Below, one piece after another: positions 50,476 to 57,145 of a DNA stretch of 57,145 nt (its first letter is position 1; every line of letters starts with the position of its first letter). A program made the translations under genes and the position numbers. Source of the stretch: a virus (lineage: Duplodnaviria; Caudoviricetes); IMG/VR virus record IMGVR_UViG_3300023110_001858, positions 1-57,145 of that record; one strand, given 5' to 3'. Below the pieces are notes generated by a model, which worked only from the letters and a program-made list of their open reading frames with translations, did no database searches and was not told where the DNA came from.

Positions 50476-51320
50476 ATTTTTCTCTTGACTTTGGAGAAAG
50501 TGACACATATACACTAGAGCTTTGTGCTAGAGATACCAGTGTTGGACGCCGCTGGTATCAATTGTTGTCTGAACATGTAGAACGTGACAACCGCTGCAGT
50601 GAACCACAGCGTTTATATAACTTTCCAAAAGATCCCTGGGACGAAGAAGCACTTGTGCAGGAACTCAATCGCTGCATTAGTATAGTTAATGATTATCAAA
50701 AAGTAATCAATCATAATGCAAGCGTGGGCATGAGTCAAGAAACATTTAATGAATTGCATCATTATTTTGAAGTGCTTCGTGGTGAAGTCATTGAGGGCAC
50801 CGAATTTTTTAATAAAGCCCCACGTGTTGTACAAGACGCATTAAATGATTACAATGTTTGTATTCATCGCACTGAATCATTTTACATGGGCAAACGTTGG
50901 CAGCGACGAGCACCAAGAATCGTGTGTACATTAAATAACATTGAAAGGCAATTGTTAGAAACTGAAGACTATGAAAACTTTGTAACCGACTTGCCAGCAG
51001 GTACAGCATTTGTAAATTATTGTCAAGTAGGTAAGCCAATATTGGATGTATTCAGAGATGGTGATGAAATAATATTTGATGATACTGTGCGTCCATTAAA
51101 ATACCTGGGTCCTGATTTTAGTTTTTATTTGGCAAATACACAAGAAGAAACTAATGGACTAGCTGAATGGATGTCAGCTAACGGATACGACATTAATGAC
51201 AAAACCAATGCTATCGGAGTATTGCCTGTCGCAGATGTCATTTGGAAAGACGATCCTGAAACAACAATATTAGAAATATCTAAAAGACAGTATATAAAAT
51301 GTATAACTATAAAAACATAA
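50472..51320 (+). CDS. Hypothetical protein, paralog of 32957
   Basis: NELHHYFE, IHRTES, VGKPILDVFRDGD, IGVLPVA. Confidence 0.7.
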   Translation: MNFSLDFGESDTYTLELCARDTSVGRRWYQLLSEHVERDNRCSEPQRLYNFPKDPWDEEALVQELNRCISIVNDYQKVINHNASVGMSQETFNELHHYFEVLRGEVIEGTEFFNKAPRVVQDALNDYNVCIHRTESFYMGKRWQRRAPRIVCTLNNIERQLLETEDYENFVTDLPAGTAFVNYCQVGKPILDVFRDGDEIIFDDTVRPLKYLGPDFSFYLANTQEETNGLAEWMSANGYDINDKTNAIGVLPVADVIWKDDPETTILEISKRQYIKCITIKT

Positions 51321-52381
51321 AAATGGTACATTTGGAAGTCACACAGCGTTGCCAAGCAGCGTGTCCTATGTGCGACCGTAATGAGAATGGTGGGCCAGAT
51401 AATCGTCACATTAATAACACAGAATTAACTTTAGATGACTGTAAAAAGATATTCAGCATTGACTTCATAAAGCAATTGTCTACAATGTATATGTGTGGCA
51501 ACTTGGGTGATCCTATTGTTGCACACGACACATTGGAGATATTCAAATACTTTAGGGAACATAACCCTACAATGTGGTTGAGCATGAATACAAACGCAGG
51601 AGCAAGAGATGAAACGTGGTGGACTGAATTGGCTAGAACTTTTGGTCGTAACGGCGCTGTTATTTTCAGTGTTGATGGGCTTATGGATACTAACCACCTT
51701 TATCGTCAGAATGTTAAATGGGACAATGTGGTTCATAGTATGAAATCATTTATCGCAGCGGGCGGCAGGGCTCGTTGGGACTATATTATATTTGGACACA
51801 ACGAACATCAAGTTGACGAAGCTGAAGCACTTGCTAAAGAGTGGGGCTGTGAAAAATTTATACGCAAAAAGAGCGGCCGCTTCTTTACAGCAAGTAATCG
51901 AGGTAAAGATACACACCAAGCACAAAATCGCAAAGGGCAAGAAACGCAGTTACTTGAAAAGCCTAAAGCACTTGACAATCAAAACTTAGCACTACTAAAA
52001 CAAAAAGAAATAGAAAAAACATACGGAAGTATGTTAGAGTATTATAACAAGTGTGATATCATTTGTAAAGCTGTAGATAAAAAAGAAATCTTTATTACAG
52101 CAGAAGGATTGCTAATGCCTTGCTGTTGGACTGCTGGACGTATGTACAAATGGTGGCACAAAGATCCACGTGTAGAACAAATATGGGATCATATAGATGC
52201 AGCTGGTGGCAAAGATGCTATTGACTGTCGTATTAACACAATAGAACAAGTCATGGATGGACCATTACTTGATAGTATTGAAATGAGTTGGCATAAAAAC
52301 ACTGTTGAATCTGGAAAGCTAGGTGTTTGTGCACAAAAATGTGGAAGTGAGTTTGATCCGTTTGGAGCACAATTTGTCTAG
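51299..52381 (+). CDS. Radical SAM protein with C-terminal twitch-like domain
   Basis: CQAACPMC, CGNLGDP, FSVDG; C-terminal ICK...MPCCW...CAQKCG. Confidence 0.9.
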   Translation: MYNYKNIKMVHLEVTQRCQAACPMCDRNENGGPDNRHINNTELTLDDCKKIFSIDFIKQLSTMYMCGNLGDPIVAHDTLEIFKYFREHNPTMWLSMNTNAGARDETWWTELARTFGRNGAVIFSVDGLMDTNHLYRQNVKWDNVVHSMKSFIAAGGRARWDYIIFGHNEHQVDEAEALAKEWGCEKFIRKKSGRFFTASNRGKDTHQAQNRKGQETQLLEKPKALDNQNLALLKQKEIEKTYGSMLEYYNKCDIICKAVDKKEIFITAEGLLMPCCWTAGRMYKWWHKDPRVEQIWDHIDAAGGKDAIDCRINTIEQVMDGPLLDSIEMSWHKNTVESGKLGVCAQKCGSEFDPFGAQFV

Positions 52382-53150
52382 TTTTAAAAATAAAAAAATT
52401 AGACACTTGCACCTAGGACTCACACATAAATGTGTGTTACAGTGTAGTGAATGTGCTAGAACATATCAAACAGGGCCTACTCGAGATCTACTTGATTGGA
52501 CCAAATACAAACAAGTTATTGATCGAAGCACTGACATTCTTTTATGTGGCAATTGGGGAGACCCCATTTACTATAGTAAATTATTTGAATTGTGCTCTTA
52601 TATAAAAAAGAAATCCTGGTGGCAAAAGCAAGGTCCTCGATCAATACTCATGCACACTAACGGTACAGGACAAACTCCTGAATGGTGGAGTAAATTTGGT
52701 AGTATACTTGATGAACGTGATAATATCATTTTTAGTATAGACGGAACGTTGTCTAGCAGTGCTAATTATCGCATTAATTCAAATCGTATAAGTATAGTAA
52801 ATGGAATTATTCATTTACGGTCGGTGTGTTCAGCACAATTAGTTTGGAAACATCTTGTATTTGCATATAACATAGATACTGTTGGAACAGTAATTGATCA
52901 GGCACGTGCATTAAAATTTGATCGTGTAGAGTTTGTACATGCATTTACAGACAATAAGCCAGAAAATTATATAGCATGGAATGTTGAAGATGTAAAGTCT
53001 CACATTTATCAACATTTTAAATATCTTGAAGATATACATCATACAACTGTTGATAAATTATTGCCAATTAAATCCAGAGAGGACGAGTGGGACAAATGGA
53101 TAAAAGTAGATCTAAGATACTGGCCAAATGCATCGCCGGAAACCATTTAG
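52374..53150 (+). CDS. Radical SAM core domain, paralog of 51299, lacking its own C-terminal Cys domain
   Basis: CVLQCSEC, CGNWGDP, HTNG, FSIDG; TTG 52374 with GGAG at 52364-67 preferred over 52323. Confidence 0.8.
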   Translation: MSSFKNKKIRHLHLGLTHKCVLQCSECARTYQTGPTRDLLDWTKYKQVIDRSTDILLCGNWGDPIYYSKLFELCSYIKKKSWWQKQGPRSILMHTNGTGQTPEWWSKFGSILDERDNIIFSIDGTLSSSANYRINSNRISIVNGIIHLRSVCSAQLVWKHLVFAYNIDTVGTVIDQARALKFDRVEFVHAFTDNKPENYIAWNVEDVKSHIYQHFKYLEDIHHTTVDKLLPIKSREDEWDKWIKVDLRYWPNASPETI

Positions 53151-53374
53151 TGCAACCTTTTATTGAGTTAGATGGTACTTTTTTGCCTTGCTGTTGGTTA
53201 TCAACTGATGTAGAACGTGTACAAGCACTAAAAGATCTTTATGGCAGCGATTATAAAAATTTAAATGTAAAAGAAAATGACGTTGATAGCATTATTGAAT
53301 TATGGGATCGCATTTCAGATACTTGGGAGCATGACCCTTTTAAAACATGCCAAGTAATGTGTGGGAAAGAATAA
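53087..53374 (+). CDS. Stand-alone twitch/SPASM-like domain (or frameshifted C-terminus of the preceding gene)
   Basis: KC...FIELDGTFLPCCW...CQVMCG matches the C-terminal domain of 51299..52381. Confidence 0.7.
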   Translation: MGQMDKSRSKILAKCIAGNHLVQPFIELDGTFLPCCWLSTDVERVQALKDLYGSDYKNLNVKENDVDSIIELWDRISDTWEHDPFKTCQVMCGKE

Positions 53375-54193
53375 ATGTTTAATAAAACAGAACTTCATAC
53401 TAGATATGATACACCATATGGTGCAGCATACTTTAATCGTGTTGCAAAGCACAATATGGTTAGACTTAGTGGTGGTTTTGATAGTGCAGTTATGTTATAC
53501 TTACTAGCAAAAACACTAAGTGAGTACAGAGATGATGCTGTTATTGAACCATTTACAGTACAACGTAGTAATCCAGTACAAATACCAGAATACGAGCGTG
53601 TATACATTGTTCCTTATGCAAAGCGTATTATTGATTATGTGCGTGAGCGTTTTCCTACTGTTGCTATTAATGATACACTGATAGAAGATGCAAACTACTG
53701 GTGGGTGCATGAGTTTGTAGACGGACGTAACATTAGTAGTTATGGAGGTGCACAAGAAAACGTGAGTGGCTTTTTACGTTGGAGACATCGTGAAAGAATA
53801 GCTGAAGTTACTGATCCTGAGTCGAGATATTATATTGAGTATAATGGTGTGACACGCAACCCTCCATTACAATGTGTAGAGCAAAGTGACGAAGCACATA
53901 GAGACTTATTAGACAATCGTGTGTTATTTGAATCTAGTGCAACAGTGTGTCATGATAGTCTGACTGATTGGATGTATCAATACCAGCCTTGGAGAAATGC
54001 AGACAAGCGTATTGTTTTTTGGTTAGCTGAACAGCATGGCATACTTGATGATATGCTAGTATTAGCTAGAAGCTGTGAAGGTGACCAATGGAATACAGAA
54101 AACTTTACAAAAGCATGTGGTGAATGTTGGTGGTGCTTGGAACGTGACTGGGCACATGACAACTTTAAAAATACAGAGATAGTACATGGATAA
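53375..54193 (+). CDS. QueC-like PP-loop ATPase with Cys4 zinc site
   Basis: LSGGFDSA (SGGxDS); RSCEG...CGECWWCLER parallels the QueC SC...CGxCxxCxxR pattern; the middle is divergent. Confidence 0.65.
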   Translation: MFNKTELHTRYDTPYGAAYFNRVAKHNMVRLSGGFDSAVMLYLLAKTLSEYRDDAVIEPFTVQRSNPVQIPEYERVYIVPYAKRIIDYVRERFPTVAINDTLIEDANYWWVHEFVDGRNISSYGGAQENVSGFLRWRHRERIAEVTDPESRYYIEYNGVTRNPPLQCVEQSDEAHRDLLDNRVLFESSATVCHDSLTDWMYQYQPWRNADKRIVFWLAEQHGILDDMLVLARSCEGDQWNTENFTKACGECWWCLERDWAHDNFKNTEIVHG

Positions 54194-55580
54194 ATCAACA
54201 TTTTGTATCTTACCTTGGGTACATTTAAGTACACGACCAGACGGAAGTATGCGAGTATGCTGCACTGCTAATGCCAGTAGTGTTGGCCCTACTAACGATA
54301 AAAGTTTATACGGTGGCATGGTTGGTGTACTTAAAGATGATGAAGGACGACCAAACAACTTAAATGTTACAGATTTCCAAAGTAGTTGGAACAGCAAGTA
54401 TATGAAGAATGTACGCAAGCAAATGATGAACGGAGAAGTACCACCAAGTTGTATAAAATGTTTTAAAGAAGAAAGTGCAGGGCACCGAAGTAAACGTCAA
54501 TGGGAAACTGCATACTGGAGCGAACGTGTTGATGTTGACCGCTTACTGGAAAATACCACTGAAGATGGAGAAGTACCGCCAGAGTTAACTTACATTGATT
54601 TACGTTTTGGCACCAAATGTCAACTTGCTTGTGTAATGTGTAGCCCACATGATAGTTCAGGTTGGATTAAAGATCACAGTAAAATTTTACCACAAGTACA
54701 AAATGAAACATTACGTGATACCATGCAGTGGGTAGATAAGGGCAGTACAAACGGAAGTAGTTATAACTGGCACAAAAATAATCCTGTGTTTTGGGATCAG
54801 TTTTATGAACAAATACCAAACATGAAGCAAATTTATTTTGCAGGTGGTGAAAGTTTAATTATTGAGGAACATTATGAAATACTTGAAGAATGCATACGCC
54901 AAGGCCATGCAAAGAATCTCGAACTACGTTATAACTCAAATGGAGTTGAATGGAGAGAGGATTTATTCGATCTATGGCGAGAATTCAAACTTGTGCGTTT
55001 TCACTATTCGGTAGATAGCATACATGATATGAACGATTACATACGCTATCCCAGTGAATGGAAGCGTACAGAAGAAGTGTTTCATATACTTGACAAAGAC
55101 ACTAGTAATAATGTAGAAGTTACAGTTGCTTGTGCAGTTCAAGCACTTAATGTATATTACTTGCCAGACTTTATTAAATGGAAACTAGAACAAAATTTCC
55201 ATAAAGTAAACATGTGGCCATTTGGTGCAGGTGGTGTAAATTATCATTTTGTCTATCATCCTGCACACTTAAATGTAAAAGTACTGCCTGCTTGGTTTAA
55301 AGCAGAGTGTAGACGCAAATACGAGGAGTTTTATCCCTGGTGGGAAGCCAATTGGGAAAAGTCAATACCTGCTTGGCACAAAGGTAAAGTAGATTACGAT
55401 ACTTGGCGCAATGCTGATTACGGCATAAAGCGTTTAGAAGGTATGCTGAGCTTTATGGAAAGCGAAGACTGGAGCAATCGTTTGCCTGAGCTACAAGAGT
55501 TTTTAACATTGTGTGATGCACAGCGTGGAAATAGTTTTGCAAAGACGTTTCCAGAAATGAAAGGTATATTTGATGGATAA
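54186..55580 (+). CDS. Radical SAM protein with N-terminal twitch-like domain
   Basis: CQLACVMC, AGGES; N-terminal CILPW...VCC...CIKCF. Confidence 0.9.
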   Translation: MDKSTFCILPWVHLSTRPDGSMRVCCTANASSVGPTNDKSLYGGMVGVLKDDEGRPNNLNVTDFQSSWNSKYMKNVRKQMMNGEVPPSCIKCFKEESAGHRSKRQWETAYWSERVDVDRLLENTTEDGEVPPELTYIDLRFGTKCQLACVMCSPHDSSGWIKDHSKILPQVQNETLRDTMQWVDKGSTNGSSYNWHKNNPVFWDQFYEQIPNMKQIYFAGGESLIIEEHYEILEECIRQGHAKNLELRYNSNGVEWREDLFDLWREFKLVRFHYSVDSIHDMNDYIRYPSEWKRTEEVFHILDKDTSNNVEVTVACAVQALNVYYLPDFIKWKLEQNFHKVNMWPFGAGGVNYHFVYHPAHLNVKVLPAWFKAECRRKYEEFYPWWEANWEKSIPAWHKGKVDYDTWRNADYGIKRLEGMLSFMESEDWSNRLPELQEFLTLCDAQRGNSFAKTFPEMKGIFDG

Positions 55581-56952
55581 TCCTAAACACAGCGATTGCA
55601 GTACATTTTGTCCATTGCCATGGAATAGTATAAACATTCGTAACAATGGCGATATTAGAATATGTTGTAACGCTAACAGTTATACAGAAAACCGTGGCAT
55701 TGTTAGACACGATGATGGAACCCCATATAATGCCAGCAAAGATAATTTGCAAGACAGTCGTAACAGTGAACTAAGTCGTGATGTACGTGCTACTATGTTG
55801 CGTGGAGAATGGCATCCGGAATGTGAACGTTGTAGACAAGAAGAGTTAAATGGTGTTTTGAGTCGCAGACAAATGGAGTATAACGACTGGGACTTAACGC
55901 CAGAAACGGCTGTTGAACTTACACAAGAAGACGGAACAATTAACACTGACGACTTTGCACTTGAGTTTTTTGATATACGTTATGGTAACTTCTGTAATTT
56001 AAAATGCCGTATGTGCGGACCAACTGATAGTCATAGTTGGTTTGACGATTTTGTTAAACTTAATGATCGTACACATTATAAAGACACACATGAAAAAATA
56101 CAATTGACTAAAAATGAAAAGGGACGTTGGGTTACAGATCAGTATGATTGGTTTAAAGGATCAAATATGTACTGGACTAACTTCGAGGACTATACTAAAG
56201 ATGCTAAAAAACTTTATATTGTTGGTGGTGAGCCACTTATTATTGAAGAGCATGTTGACAGTTTAGAAAGGTTAATACACAACGGCAGTGCAGCAGACAT
56301 GCAAATTGAGTACAATACAAATTTAACAAATGTAACACCTCGCATGTTAGAACTTTGGAAACATTTTAAAGAGATAAGAATCGGTGCTAGTATTGATGCA
56401 TGTAATGAAATATTTGACTATCAACGTGCACCTGCTAAATGGGAACATGTGTATGAAAACTTAAAAAAGATTGAAGCAAATGACGACATTAATTTTAAAT
56501 GTTGGTTTGCATTTACTATTACACCACTAAACGTTTTTCATTTTCCTGAATTTATGCGATGGAAAGTAGAAGAAAGCGGACTTACTAAATTTAATCCTGT
56601 ACACAGTTGGCGACCACTAGCAAGTTTTCATATGTGTCACAGTCCCAAGTATTATAATATTAAAGTGTTACCAGACGATATTAAAGCAGAAGTAAGTCGT
56701 CAGTATAGTGAATGGCGAACTTGGATGATAGAAAGTGATAATATTGATAATATCAAAAAACATTTTGTTAAACATCTTGACAGTGTAGAAAAATTTATGT
56801 TAAGTGAAAGCTATAGCGACCAAGATTGTTGGAGCGGGAGAACATGGCTAGAAGAGTTTGTTTGGATTACACGAGAGTTAGACCAAATACGTGGACAAAA
56901 TATACTAGACATTGTTCCAGAATACAAGAGTTTGTTTGATGAGAATAACTAA
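55570..56952 (+). CDS. Radical SAM protein with N-terminal twitch-like domain
   Basis: CNLKCRMC, VGGEP; N-terminal CPLPW...ICC...CERCR. Confidence 0.9.
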   Translation: MMDNPKHSDCSTFCPLPWNSINIRNNGDIRICCNANSYTENRGIVRHDDGTPYNASKDNLQDSRNSELSRDVRATMLRGEWHPECERCRQEELNGVLSRRQMEYNDWDLTPETAVELTQEDGTINTDDFALEFFDIRYGNFCNLKCRMCGPTDSHSWFDDFVKLNDRTHYKDTHEKIQLTKNEKGRWVTDQYDWFKGSNMYWTNFEDYTKDAKKLYIVGGEPLIIEEHVDSLERLIHNGSAADMQIEYNTNLTNVTPRMLELWKHFKEIRIGASIDACNEIFDYQRAPAKWEHVYENLKKIEANDDINFKCWFAFTITPLNVFHFPEFMRWKVEESGLTKFNPVHSWRPLASFHMCHSPKYYNIKVLPDDIKAEVSRQYSEWRTWMIESDNIDNIKKHFVKHLDSVEKFMLSESYSDQDCWSGRTWLEEFVWITRELDQIRGQNILDIVPEYKSLFDENN

Positions 56953-57145
56953 TGAAAATCTGGACTGTGCAATTGTTACACTTTTTATTCACAATGTGTG
57001 TAACTACAATTGCAGCTATTGCAGTGACTTTCATAGAGACGGTAGTAATCGTTGGCCTGAAGATTGGCAGCCTTACTTGGACTTTTTAGAACGTGTAAAG
57101 CAAACCAACAAGTACTTGTACGTAGAAGTACTGGGAGGAGAGCCT
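56939..57145 (+). CDS. Radical SAM protein, 3'-truncated by the window edge (not in the ORF track)
   Basis: Hand translation MRITNENLDCAIVTLFIHNVCNYNCSYCSDFHRDGSNRWPEDWQPYLDFLERVKQTNKYLYVEVLGGEP; resembles the start of 25453. Confidence 0.85.
   Translation, partial: MRITNENLDCAIVTLFIHNVCNYNCSYCSDFHRDGSNRWPEDWQPYLDFLERVKQTNKYLYVEVLGGEP

Noticed and set aside
13580-57145. Bacterial O-antigen/capsule locus
   Set aside because: No flippase, polymerase, chain-length or ABC export genes recognised; contiguous with phage structural genes and late-promoter motifs. Host-surface modification is not fully excluded.
53375-57145. 7-deazaguanine DNA modification cluster (queC/queE)
   Set aside because: Neighbouring rSAMs have twitch-type architecture unlike QueE, and folE, queD and dpdA are not seen in the window; gene symbol withheld.
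1-57145. tRNA, rRNA, CRISPR array, integrase/transposase, diversity-generating retroelement
   Set aside because: No non-coding space long enough, no repeat-spacer pattern, and no RT or recombinase motifs noticed by eye; tRNAscan/Infernal were not run.

Overview
AT-rich, almost gap-free, nearly all plus-strand segment of a large tailed-phage genome (T4-type late promoter TATAAATA at 10761 and 43888, virion-type proteins, no cellular housekeeping context). Bases 1-13520 are a structural module. It has a 5'-truncated giant (>3,500 codon) baseplate/tail-type protein that the ORF track splits at a single in-frame TAA (3983-3985), a small conserved structural gene, a fibre-type protein with a C-terminal autocleaving chaperone motif, and a 400-aa structural-type protein carrying two (Tyr-Gly)n tracts. 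Bases 13580-57145 are a roughly 43.5 kb, tightly coupled biosynthetic super-cluster that runs off the right end. It holds 12 radical-SAM genes (7 with an N-terminal twitch-like Cys domain, 1 cobalamin-binding), several glycosyltransferase-like genes and NDP-sugar enzymes (epimerase/dehydratase, dehydrogenase, cupin, DegT aminotransferase, C- and O-methyltransferases). It also holds a carbamoyltransferase, sulfotransferase-like and SGNH-like genes, a sugar-phosphate module (Rpe-like, nucleotidyltransferase-kinase, SIS, HAD), a QueC-like PP-loop enzyme and a TctA/TctC transporter pair. The best candidate for a new system is a phage-encoded virion-decoration pathway (glycosylation plus radical-SAM tailoring), with the Tyr-Gly tracts of the adjacent structural protein as a candidate substrate. 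That link is inference. All family calls come from motifs read by eye; no database searches were run. No tRNA, rRNA, CRISPR array or mobile element was seen.
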